Below are positions 37,312 through 46,758 of a stretch of DNA of 64,000 nucleotides, one piece after another. Below the pieces are notes generated by a model. The model made no database searches, was not told the DNA's origin, and was given only the letters and a program-made list of their open reading frames with translations. Within the stretch, counting starts at the first letter, position 1, and each line of letters starts with the position of its first letter. The stretch is taken from NCBI GenBank assembly GCA_963819145.1, contig CAWFVB010000011.1, positions 55,234 to 119,233 of the forward strand, given 5' to 3'. Source of the DNA: an uncultured Acidobacteriaceae bacterium (GTDB lineage: Bacteria > Acidobacteriota > Terriglobia > Terriglobales > Acidobacteriaceae). Made by a program: the position numbers and the translations under genes.

Positions 37312-38983
37312 TTATACTTTGCTCAAATACTGATGGATGAATTGCACCGCTACAGATCCTTCGCCTACTCCGGAAGCCACGCGTTTGACCGAGCCGTGCC
37401 GCACATCGCCCACGGAAAAAATTCCGGGAACGTTGGTCTCCAAGAGAAACGGGTCGCGTTCGAGCGTCCAGCCGCTTGGGGCGCTCCCCGCTTTGGATCA
37501 GGTCCGGACCGGTCAGAATGAAGCCGCGGTCGTCCCGCTCGACGATGCCCGCCAACCAATCTGTTCGAGGCAACGCTCCAATAAAGATAAACATGGAACT
37601 TGCCGGCACTCTCTCCACCTTATTCGTGTCCGAGCAAAGAACGGAGATCTCCTCCAGGTGCACTTCGCCATGGACCTCGGCGACGCTGGCATGCGTCCAC
37701 AGCTGAATATTCGAGGTCTCTTTGATCTGGTCAATCAGATATTGCGACATCGTGCTGGCAAGCGAGTCGCCGCGAACCAGGATTACGACGCGCTCTGCGT
37801 ATTTCGAAAAATTCATCGCTGCCTGGCCGGCTGAATTCGCGCCGCCCACCACATATACCATCTCGCCCTTGCAAGACAGCGCCTCGGTTGCGCCGCCGCC
37901 GTAGTAGACTCCCGCGCCCTGCAACCGGTCGATCCCCGGCGCTTCCAGCCGCCGCCATTGCACTCCGCTGGCAATCATCAGCGCGTGGCAGGAAATCTCG
38001 TTGCCATCGGCCAACTTGATAATCCTGTAGGATCCCTCGGTGCGAATACCGACTGCCTCCTGAGGCGCCAGGATTTCCACTCCAAAACGCTGGGCCTGCA
38101 CCACACCACGACGTGCGAGATCGCCGCCGCTAAGTCCGCTGGGGAACCCTAGATAGTTCTCGATCCGCGAACTCATTCCCGCCTGCCCACCCGGCGCCTC
38201 GCGCTCAATCATTACTGTGTGCAAGCCTTCCGAGGCCCCATAGACCGCGGCCGCCAAACCAGCCGGTCCTCCACCCACAATTGCGAGATCATAAAAACTG
38301 GTTTGCGCGCGCGTACGCAGCCCGACCTTTTGCGCGACTTCAGTCGGAACGCTTTTGAGAAGTTTTGTTCCGTCTGGAAACAGGACGATGGGAAGCTCAC
38401 TCGCATCCGATCCCAGCGCCTCAAGGAGGCGCTTGGTCTCAGGGTCGTTGGCCGAGCCCTCAACGTCGATCCATTGATAGGGAACGTGGCTGCGTGCCAG
38501 AAAATCCCGCAGTTCATACGATCGCGGCGACCATCGCGTTCCCAATACGCGGATTCCCTCGAACGCCGGATGGTATGAGGCCCTCCAATCATCGAGCAAG
38601 TCATCCATTTGGGGGTACAGATGCTCGGCGGGAGGATCCCACGGTTTCATGAAAAAATAATCCAGATTCGCCTGGTTAATGGCGTTGATCGCTGCGTTCG
38701 TGTCCGCATACGCGGTGAGTAGTGCCCGCTTTGCATCGGGAAAAATCTGTCTGGCTTCCTGCAGAAAGCCAATACCGTCCATCCGAGGCATACGCTGGTC
38801 GGCGAGGAGAAGGGCGACTCCGTTATTGCGCACCTTAATCCCCTTGAGTAGTTCTAGAGCCCCTTCGGGCGAGTCACTGGCGATGACGCGATAATCGGCC
38901 CCATAGTGTGATCGCAGATCACGCTCAATGGCCCGCAACACATCGGGGTCGTCGTCCACCGTCAGGAGTATCGGTTTCGCCAT
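37301..38983 (-). CDS. Response-regulator receiver fused to a glutaredoxin-like domain and a thioredoxin-reductase-like flavoprotein. The C-terminal ~50 codons are out of frame.
   Basis: REC domain (ILLTVDDDPDVL...LLADQRMPRMDG...K), FAD motif (DLAIVGGGPAGLAAAVYGASEG) and NAD motif (VVGGANSAGQAA). Removing one c at about 37474 gives the canonical end GWTLERDPFLLETNVPGIFSVGDVRHGSVKRVASGVGEGSVAVQFIHQYLSKV*, stopping at 37312 directly before the kinase ATG. Start taken at ATG 38983. Confidence 0.85.
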   Translation of the reverse strand: MAKPILLTVDDDPDVLRAIERDLRSHYGADYRVIASDSPEGALELLKGIKVRNNGVALLLADQRMPRMDGIGFLQEARQIFPDAKRALLTAYADTNAAINAINQANLDYFFMKPWDPPAEHLYPQMDDLLDDWRASYHPAFEGIRVLGTRWSPRSYELRDFLARSHVPYQWIDVEGSANDPETKRLLEALGSDASELPIVLFPDGTKLLKSVPTEVAQKVGLRTRAQTSFYDLAIVGGGPAGLAAAVYGASEGLHTVMIEREAPGGQAGMSSRIENYLGFPSGLSGGDLARRGVVQAQRFGVEILAPQEAVGIRTEGSYRIIKLADGNEISCHALMIASGVQWRRLEAPGIDRLQGAGVYYGGGATEALSCKGEMVYVVGGANSAGQAAMNFSKYAERVVILVRGDSLASTMSQYLIDQIKETSNIQLWTHASVAEVHGEVHLEEISVLCSDTNKVERVPASSMFIFIGALPRTDWLAGIVERDDRGFILTGPDLIQSGERPKRLDARTRPVSLGDQRSRNFFRGRCAARLGQTRGFRSRRRICSGAIHPSVFEQSINGR

Positions 38984-39099
38984 GCTTACTCGCAGATCGC
39001 AGATAAAGAAAAGCCAATTCCACAAAACGCCAGGCTTCGATGCTCTCTGCGATTAGATACCGGAGCTGGCGTTCCAGGTGCGGACTATCTTTTGAGTTT

Positions 39100-39372
39100 T
39101 CAGGCTACAAGTTCACCGGGTTCGATTTCGTCCACGTAGCACCAGATCCAGTTTTCCCCGGGCTCAATGGAACGGATCAACGGGTGCTGCGTTTTGTGGA
39201 AATGCTTGGTAGCATGCTTGTTCTTCGACGAATCGCAACATCCGACGTGCCCGCAAATCAGGCACAAGCGCAAGTGAACCCAGGTGTCTCCCATTTTGAC
39301 GCATTCCTCGCAAACGTGAGTTTTGGTTGTTCTGAACTTGATCTGATCCAGGTGAGTACATTGGTCCGCCAT
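39100..39372 (-). CDS. UBP-type zinc-finger (zf-UBP) domain protein
   Basis: MADQCTHLDQIK...CEECVKMGDTWVHLRLCLICGHVGCCDSSKNKHATKHF..HP fits zf-UBP. GGAGGG lies 4 nt upstream of ATG 39372. The tracked ORF starts at 39408. Confidence 0.8.
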   Translation of the reverse strand: MADQCTHLDQIKFRTTKTHVCEECVKMGDTWVHLRLCLICGHVGCCDSSKNKHATKHFHKTQHPLIRSIEPGENWIWCYVDEIEPGELVA

Positions 39373-39458
39373 CGATCCCTCCGAGAGAAAGTAGTCATTA
39401 TCCGTCAAGTGACCTCCGTTACGTAAGACGGGCCAGAATCACAGAACTGGCCGCTTTC

Positions 39459-39713
39459 TTGACCGAGAATAGTGGTGGAGGTCTTCCATTCGTGTTACGT
39501 CTTGATTACTTATCCTGTGTGCTTACCATCGCGTCCACGATCCTGGTGGGACGCCGTTGCTGGGAAGGTTGGGCTTTGGCCGCTGTAAATAGCGTACTCA
39601 TTTGCGTCATCGGCATCAGGACCGCACAATTGGGCTTCGTGCCAGCGAATCTTTTCTGCATCGTAGTCAGTGCCGTGAACCTGCGTGCGTGGCGGCGAAC
39701 AAGCGCTTCCTAG
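39459..39713 (+). CDS. Hypothetical small membrane protein (2-3 TM helices)
   Basis: 84-aa ORF with hydrophobic segments (LSCVLTIASTILV, ALAAVNSVLICVIGI, LFCIVVSAVNL). No family recognised. Confidence 0.35.
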   Translation: MTENSGGGLPFVLRLDYLSCVLTIASTILVGRRCWEGWALAAVNSVLICVIGIRTAQLGFVPANLFCIVVSAVNLRAWRRTSAS

Positions 39714-39762
39714 CCACAACCGATCGCTCTCTCAACCTGATTTCCTCTTCGGGAGCAAGAGC

Positions 39763-40732
39763 TCACTCCGCGATCAGCAAGCTCTCAGCGAAGGGCCACT
39801 GCTCATCAATCCATTGCGCTTCGCAGCAGAACCCGGCGTCCCGGGCTGTCTGGACAATCTCCTCAGCGGAGTACTTGTGGCTGCTTTCAGTCCATATCGT
39901 CTCCCCCTCCAGGAATTCGATTGCGATCTCCGCCGCAGGAATGCTCACTGTCTGCCGCCGCTTCGATCGCAGATGCATCTCAACGCTACGCGCGGCGTGA
40001 TTGATCTTAGCCACATGCTCAAACTGGCCGAGGTCAAAACTCAGCGTCGAGCTCGCGGTTGATGCGAGCGAGCAGATTCAGGTTGAAAGCCGCCGTCACA
40101 CCCAGTTCATCGTCGTAAGCATGCAACAACTGCGCGGCAGGCTTCTGCAGGTCCGTTCCCAACAGGAGAGAATCTCCAGGCTCGAGAATGCGTCGAACAT
40201 CGGCCAGGAACTTCATACCCGCCGGCAGATCAAAGTTTCCAATGGTGCTGCCCAGAAACAAAACGAGCATATGCTGGCCGCTCTTGCGGTAGGCAGCGAC
40301 TTCAAGCAGCCCATCGAGATACTCCCGCTCAAATCCGACAATGCTGATCGAATCGATGTCTCTGAGTTCGCGCTCGCACATGGCCAAGGCCGCTCGAGAT
40401 ATCTCGACCGGATAGTAGAACGTCCGCTGGCGGCGGCAGAGCGCTTCGAGCACCCAGCGGGTCTTCTTGCCGCTGCCGCTACCCAGCTCCGCCACGGAAA
40501 CAGGTCCAGGAATACGGTCCACGATCTCGTCCCCGTGGCGTCGCAGCAGGCGTTCGTCCGCCCTTGTGAGTCCGTACTCTGGTAGATGGCTGATCACTTC
40601 AAAAAGAGCGGATCCTACGTCATCGTAAAAATATTTGGATGGAAGTTCTTTTTGCCCGTGCAGGGTGAGCCCCGCGCGAACGTCGGAAGCAAATTCGTAA
40701 GTCGCATTTGTCGAAATCGCATGGACGAGCAT
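39763..40732 (-). pseudogene. egtD: L-histidine N-alpha-methyltransferase (ergothioneine biosynthesis), one frame break near 40015-40034
   Basis: ORF 40034..40831 (KYFYDDVGSALFEVISHLPEYGLTRAD..., AELGSGSGKKT, FLGSTIGNF) continues in ORF 39763..40014 (IWTESSHKYS...). ATG 40732 is preceded by GGAG. Length is 970 = 3n+1. Confidence 0.85.
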
Positions 40733-40743
40733 TCTCTGACTCC

Positions 40744-42083
40744 TTAGGATCTCTTCACGCAGCGGAATCCCGCATACACGTATTGGTATTGCGTTTGGAA
40801 CCAGTTGCGAAACGTGGGCCGCAGCATGCACGCAGCCGTGCGCGACGAGCCTCCCTTCAGGACGAAGTGCTTACCATCGAAAAAATCAGCCGAGTAACCG
40901 CGGTAGAACGGGAATGGCTCGAACCCGGGAAAGGGCGCGAAGACTGTGGAGGTCCACTCCCATCCATTGCCCAACATACCGTCAACGCCGAAGGCGCTCC
41001 GGCCTGCCGGAAAAGCATTGACTGGCGTCGGATTCCAACGGTTGAGGTCGAAGTTTCCAACGCTTGAGTGCGGTGCTTCCGCGCCCCACGGAGAACGACC
41101 TTTCTTTTCCATCGGTCGCGCCATATGCGGCGCGATGCCACTCCTCTTCTGTCGGGAGGGACTTCCCTGCCCAGCACGCATAGGCCGCCGCTTCTGCGTG
41201 ACTCACATACACGGGCCAGTCCAAAGGCAGAGCGATCTCTTCGAACATTGTGCGATAAAGCCACCGGCCGTCCACCTTCTTCCAGAACACAGGCTGATGC
41301 ACATTCTGAGAAGCTCTCCAGATCCAATCATCGTCGCTCCAGAAAGCGCGGTTGTCATAGCCTCCTGCGCGCATAAATTCCAGGTAGTCCTGGTTCGTCA
41401 CCATGTATTGGTCAATCTCAAACCCAGGCACCTGGGCCGTCTGGCGTTCATACTCGTTGTCCCAACCAAAAATCCTGTCATCATGCGACAGACCAAGCGT
41501 CGCCAGCCCGGAGGAAATTTCAACGATCTGATGGCACCACGGGCGAAACGATCGGGCAAGGCGGATCCATCTGCCGATTTTTCCGGTCCGTCGGCAACTG
41601 ATGCAGCATGTAGGCCAGCGTTTCAGCGTGCATGAGCCGGTGCTCGATGGCAACGTTCAGCAGGACATCGAGCGAAAAGCCGTCTCGAGTGCGTGCGCCT
41701 GACTCCAGAATCCCGCCAGCCAACTTCTCATCGAGATTGGCTCGGATTGTGTTCACGTACTCTTTCACCCTTTGCAGCGATGGCCAATCCGATGCTTGAT
41801 CGGTGGGCAAGCCCCCGCCCACTGGATCAATCCCAAACGCAAACAACCGGTCGAATTCAGCATGGAAGGATTTAAGGCCGAAAACGTTCTCATGCAGCAG
41901 GTTCCAATCAAACGCCTCGAGATGACCTAGATAGAAAATGATCCGATGCCGCTCGGGAATTGGCCGTTCATAGATCGAGTCCGGCAGGACCACATTGAAG
42001 AAAGCATCGCTGCGCCCGCGAGCATCCGAGACCCGCTCCAGCAGTTCATTCCGGACAGCGACATCTCCTTCGGCAGCGACCAT
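40744..42083 (-). pseudogene. egtB: Hercynine oxygenase / sulfoxide synthase (DinB_2 plus FGE-sulfatase domains), two frame breaks
   Basis: The N-terminal DinB-like part is in ORF 41520..42083 (IFYLGHLEAFDWN). The middle is in 40982..41653 (FGWDNEYE..., VSHAEAAAYACWAGKSLPTEEEW). The C-terminus is in 40744..41181 (GNGWEWTST..., GGSSRT...). Breaks near 41560 and 41095. Length is 1340 = 3n+2. Confidence 0.85.
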
Positions 42084-42235
42084 TGGAGCCCCCCCCGGTG
42101 AGCGAGTTAGACGACTCGGCGATAGAACAGCGCGGGCAGAAAAGCGGCAACGGGCCCGCTGAATGGGTATTTAGATGTCGAGAGGCTGCAGAAGGTGCAG
42201 GCGAAATTAATCTTTCTGAAGCTATGGATGAGGGC

Positions 42236-43140
42236 TCACGGAACGAGGTTTTCGCGTTTCAACCACTCGTTTACCACTTCCCTTGGGTCGCGGTGCTGGC
42301 CGTCCACGGCGTAATTGAGCCGCTGCATCTCCTCGTCGGAGATCTTTCCTGCAAGCCCCGCTAGCGCCTGAGCCACCTCCGGATGTTGCTGCAGAATCTT
42401 CTCGCGTATCACTGGCACGGCCTCATACGGAGGAAAATAATGCCGGTCATCCTCAAGAACAAACAAATCCAGAGCCGGAATCAGCCCGTCGGTCGCGTTG
42501 CCGGCCGCCATGTCGATCTGGTGATCCTTAAGCGCCCGCGCCAGCAGGCCCAAATCCATCACGCGCGGTTGTTCCGCGAAGTGGAGCCCATAGGTGGCGG
42601 CCAGACCTCGATATCCGTCAGGCCTTTCCATGAACTCGTAGCCGAATCCCGCCCGCCATTGTGGAGCGAAGGCAGCCGCCTGGGACAGAGTCTTGATGTT
42701 CAAGCGGCGGGCGTCCTCACCCCGGATCTCCATCGCGAAAGTGTCATTGAAGCCGAAGGCCGGTCCTAAGGTCAGCCCGAAGCGGTGTTCATATTCGCTC
42801 TTGACCCGCTGATAAACCTCCGTCCTTATCGCCCCGGCTTTTTGCTTTGAGGATGGCGGTCAGCGCCGTGCCGGTGTATTCCGGATACATGTCGATTCGC
42901 CCGGCCAGAATCGCCTGCTGGCAAATGTAGGTTCCCGCCAGATAGAAACGCCGTTCCACTTTCAGATTGAGTGTGAGCCTCGATCTGCTGCGCCATGAGT
43001 TCGCCCAAGAGGAAGGACTCGGTGAAATTCTTGGAGCCGATGACGATGCGATCGGAATGCGACGGAGAACAGGACAGGAAGCAGCAGAGCCGCCGTCAAC
43101 AGCGACCAGAAGGCGCAGAACCTCGATTGAGAATCCTCAT
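42236..43140 (-). pseudogene. Quaternary-amine (glycine-betaine/choline/ergothioneine-type) ABC substrate-binding protein, multiply frameshifted
   Basis: OpuBC/ProX-like sequence across ORFs 42962..43288 (signal peptide FWSLLTAALLLPVLF), 42826..43008 (LGELMAQQIEAHT) and 42236..42733 (FGYEFMERPDGYRGL...GNATDGLI...FVLEDDRHYFPPYEAVPV). ATG 43140 overlaps the permease TGA (ATGA). Confidence 0.75.
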
Positions 43141-43769
43141 TGTGCGCGCAAACGCCTCTCCAGCCATCCCAGTCCGAGGTCCGCCCCCAGCGCCAGGATC
43201 GCGGCTGGAATCGCCCCAGCCAGAATGACTCTGTCGTCGACCATCGCCAGGCCACGAAAAATGAATTCTCCCAGCCCTCCAGCGCCAATCGCCGCAGCGA
43301 TCGTAGCCAGCCCCACCGAGATGACCACTGCTACCCGCACGCCCGAAAGGATCACACTGATGCGCCAGCGGCAGTTCCACTTGAAACAAGAGCTGTGATC
43401 CGTGAGCCCCATGCCCCGTCCGGCCTCCACCACGGCAGCGATCGACTCCGCGGATTCCTGTGTATGTATTCCGAATAATGGGCAGCAGAGCATAAAGGGT
43501 CAGCGCCAGAATCGCCAGCCGATCCGCACGTTCGCCCAGCCAGGGCACGGGCAGCAGAAATCCGAAGAGGGCAAGACTCGGGATTGTCTGGATAATGTTG
43601 GCGCTCGCCAGCACTGGCTTGTTGAGGCCGGGCCGATGCGCGATCACGATGCCCAACGGGATGCCGATCAGCGCCGCGAGCAGCGTGGAAAGCCCGACCA
43701 GCCAGAGATGTTCCAGCGTGAGTTCCAGCACCTGCCCGTGGTTCTGCAAATGAATCGAAAAACGTTCAT
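43137..43769 (-). pseudogene. ABC permease (BPD_transp_1, OpuBB/ProW-like), frameshifted
   Basis: LEHLWLVGLSTLLAALIGIPLGI...IIQTIPSLALFGFLLP (ORF 43096..43839) continues in ORF 43137..43493 (ILSGVRVAVVISVGLATIAAAIGAGGLGEFIFRG...). The start at ATG 43769 is tentative. Confidence 0.7.
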
Positions 43770-44559
43770 GACGTGCCTCGATTCTGCCGCGGACTCCAGA
43801 CCGATCTCCGATATGCCCGTGACGTAGGCGGACGCCCATGGATCGGCGGACCGCAAGAATTCCTGCGGCGCCAGCACCGTGACCAGCCGCCCCGCTTCCA
43901 TCAGTGCGATGCGCGATCCGAGCCGCAGAGCCTCACGAAGGTCATGCGTCACGAAAACCACAGTCTTGTGGAGTCGCTGCTGCAGCGAAAGAAATTCGCG
44001 CTGCAATTCGTCGCGCGTAAGCGGGTCGAGCGCGCCGAAAGGCTCGTCCATCAGCAGTATCTCGGGGTCTGCGGCCAACGCCCGCGCCACACCGACCCGC
44101 TGCCGCTGCCCTCCCGAAAGCTGGTGTGGATAACGCGATGCCAAGTCTGGCGCGAGCCCCACCAGCTGCAGCAACTCCTCCCACGCGCGCGCGAATCCGT
44201 TCCTCGGGCCAACCTTCGATTCTGGGGACCAGGCCGATGTTCCGTTCGACGGTGAAATGGGGAAACAGGCCGACGTCCTGGATCACGTAGCCGATACTGC
44301 GCCGCAGGCGAATGACGTCGCCGTCCGCGTTTAGGCACGCCTTTCACGCGCACTTCTCCGGCCGTAGGCAGACAACAGACGATTGACCAGCTTGAGGGTT
44401 GTGGTCTTTGCCAGAGCCGCTTCGCCCCAGCAGAACAAGAGTCTCCCCTCGCTCGACTCGCAGATTAAACCCGGAAAGCACTTGTGTCTCGGCCACGGGG
44501 TAGGAAACATCGCGGAATTCAATGACTGGACGTGCGGCTGTAGGTTGCATTTGCGCCAA
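43766..44559 (-). pseudogene. ABC ATPase (OpuBA/ProV-like, no CBS tail), multiply frameshifted
   Basis: Walker A is split between frames (LLGRSGSGK | TTTLKLVNRLL). The Q-loop region IGYVIQDVGLFPHFTVERNI is in ORF 43942..44286. LSGGQRQRVGVARAL and ILLMDEPFGALD are in ORF 43668..44174. Confidence 0.75.
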
Positions 44560-44625
44560 GCATACCGGAGTTCAAACCAAGACCCAACGTCATTTCGATG
44601 GCCCGGTTGAGTCATCAGGCAATCG

Positions 44626-45090
44626 CTAATCTTCGTCCAGATATTCCTCTGGTACATCATCTTCCGGCACTTCATGAGTGTGGACTTCTTCCCCTTCGGC
44701 GTTGTCGGCGTCTTCCACTCCCTTGACAACGCCGGCTTCGAACGCGTTCCCTTCCTCCAGCAACTCGTCCACACTCTTCGAATCCGCACCTTCGACTCGG
44801 GTCAATCCCTGCAGATCTCCGGCCTCCTCGCCCGAACGCGCATTTCGGCTCTCCCGCGAGAACGCTCTGGAACTCGGCTGGTTTCTTCGAACCTCCCTTT
44901 TGGGAGCGATCGCTGTCGCCACTTTCTTCCTGCCTTTCGTTCTTGCGGCCGAGCGCTTCTGAGCCAACTTCTTCGCAGGCTTTTTCTTGGCGGTCTTCTT
45001 CGGTCGAGAAGTCTTCCTGGTGACGATCTTCTTCGGTTTCGATTGCTTCTTGCTGGATTTCTTTTTGGAGGGTTTCTTTTTGGCAGCCAT
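44626..45090 (-). CDS. Bipartite charged protein: Lys-rich histone-H1-like N-terminal half, acidic C-terminal half
   Basis: From ATG 45090: MAAKKKPSKKKSSKKQSKPKKIV...KKKPAKKLAQKR..., then GDLQGLTRVEGADSKSVDELLEEGNAFEAGVVKGVEDADNAEGEEVHTHEVPEDDVPEEYLDED. No enzyme motif. Confidence 0.6.
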   Translation of the reverse strand: MAAKKKPSKKKSSKKQSKPKKIVTRKTSRPKKTAKKKPAKKLAQKRSAARTKGRKKVATAIAPKREVRRNQPSSRAFSRESRNARSGEEAGDLQGLTRVEGADSKSVDELLEEGNAFEAGVVKGVEDADNAEGEEVHTHEVPEDDVPEEYLDED

Positions 45091-45168
45091 AGACGCACAG
45101 TTTACCACCGGTTTATAAGCATGGCAGGTTGAACGATTTCTCGGTTCACCCAAGTGCGGCCTTTTGCT

Positions 45169-46758
45169 CTACATGCTTTCTTTCGGCCGCGCAAAGATCA
45201 GGTGCCGCACCTCTGGGTCGCTGGCCAGGTAGCCGCGCAGCTTTTGCTCCAGTTCGTGATCGGCTCGCGTTTCCCGCTCATGCTGCCGTTGATGCTCCGC
45301 CCACGAATCCACCAGGAATATCTCCAAATAGCGATCTCCAGCTTCGACATCGTGGAAGATTCCCCATTGCGAGGCTCCATCGCGTCGCCTTGCTCGTTCA
45401 TAGTGATGGATCGCCTTCACAAAATCCTCTCTGCGTTCGGGGATCACTACATATTCGACTGTAACGAGTACCGGGCCTCCCTTAAGCTCCGCATCCACCT
45501 CTTTGACAACCACCGGCATCCGCCAGTGGTTCCACGGACTCAGATCCAGTGTAGCGGCGGGAAGCTTCGCGAACAGCGCAAGAAAAGTCGTCCCGATAGC
45601 TCCAACCCCAGCCCACAAGAGCGCGCTTCTAACGCCCTCTCGTTGGGCGATGGCGCCCCAGGCTGCGCTCCCGAACGCCATGCTCCCCTGAGACACCAGG
45701 ATGAAAACGGCGAGGACTCGTGCCCGCACCCAGTCGGGCGCAAGATTCTGAATCAACGCATTCACAATCGAAGTGAAGAGAATCCAGGCCCCGCCTCCGA
45801 TCAGGATCACCGGACCAAGGGTACCCAGCCTGTGCAGAACGCCGGTCGCCACGAGAGCGAGACCGAGGATTGCGACGCCGACCGAAACCACCGTTTCAGT
45901 CGAACACCGTGCGCGAAGAGGCTGCATCACGAGCGCGCCAAGAACCGCGCCGGCTCCAAAACATCCAAGAAGCAACCCGTAGCCTGTCGCACTTCCGCTT
46001 GCGCCTTTGGCAACCGTAGGCAACAGCGCAAACAGGGCACTGGCGAAGAACATGCCTGCGCCGGTTCGAAGCATCAAGGCGCGGATCGAGGGTGAGTTAT
46101 GGATGTATCGGATTGCTGCTACCGTGGCCCCGCCGAAGGTTTCTGCTGGCGCAGTTCGCTTTTGAATTGGCCTTTTCCATCGTGCGATGACCCAAATGAC
46201 TCCCAGGAACGACGCCAAGTTGACCACAAACGCCGCCGCCACGCCGACCGCCGAAATCAGTAATCCCGCCAGCGCAGGCCCTACTGCCCGAGCCAGGTTG
46301 AACTCGATTCCGTTAAGCGCCGAGGCAGCCACCAGGTCCTCTTTAGGCACCAGTTCCGGGAGAACCGCTCGCCATGCCGGAGTCTCGAAGGCATCTCCGG
46401 CCGAGAGCGCGAATGTCAGCCCGAGCAGCAACCAGGGTGTGATGAAACCGCCGATGGTCAGCACCGCGAGCGCCAACGCGACGCAAATCATCCACCCCTC
46501 TGTAAAGAGAATCAGTTTGCGGCGGTCGACAATATCGCCTGCGGATCCTGCGGGAATTGCCAGAAGAAAGTATGGAAGCGACGAGGCCGTTTGCGTGAGG
46601 GCCACATACATCGGCCCTGCACCCAGCGAGATCATCAACCACGCGGCGCCTACGGTCTGCATGAAGGTGCCGATGTCCGAGACAACATCTGCGATCAACA
46701 GATTCCGGAAGACCGGCGCCCGCAGTGGATCCCACAAGCTCGATGAGGGCGGTTTCAC
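45169..46758 (-). CDS. MFS_3 (EntS-like) transporter with a C-terminal ABM / dimeric alpha-beta-barrel domain
   Basis: 12-TM MFS core (FRNLLIADVVSDIGTFMQTVGAAWLM...) plus a ~100-aa tail (VLVTVEYVVIPERREDFVKAIHHYERARRRDGASQWGIFHDVEAGDRYLEIFLVDSWAEHQRQHER). GTG 46758 overlaps the upstream TGA (GTGA). Confidence 0.8.
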   Translation of the reverse strand: MKPPSSSLWDPLRAPVFRNLLIADVVSDIGTFMQTVGAAWLMISLGAGPMYVALTQTASSLPYFLLAIPAGSAGDIVDRRKLILFTEGWMICVALALAVLTIGGFITPWLLLGLTFALSAGDAFETPAWRAVLPELVPKEDLVAASALNGIEFNLARAVGPALAGLLISAVGVAAAFVVNLASFLGVIWVIARWKRPIQKRTAPAETFGGATVAAIRYIHNSPSIRALMLRTGAGMFFASALFALLPTVAKGASGSATGYGLLLGCFGAGAVLGALVMQPLRARCSTETVVSVGVAILGLALVATGVLHRLGTLGPVILIGGGAWILFTSIVNALIQNLAPDWVRARVLAVFILVSQGSMAFGSAAWGAIAQREGVRSALLWAGVGAIGTTFLALFAKLPAATLDLSPWNHWRMPVVVKEVDAELKGGPVLVTVEYVVIPERREDFVKAIHHYERARRRDGASQWGIFHDVEAGDRYLEIFLVDSWAEHQRQHERETRADHELEQKLRGYLASDPEVRHLIFARPKESM

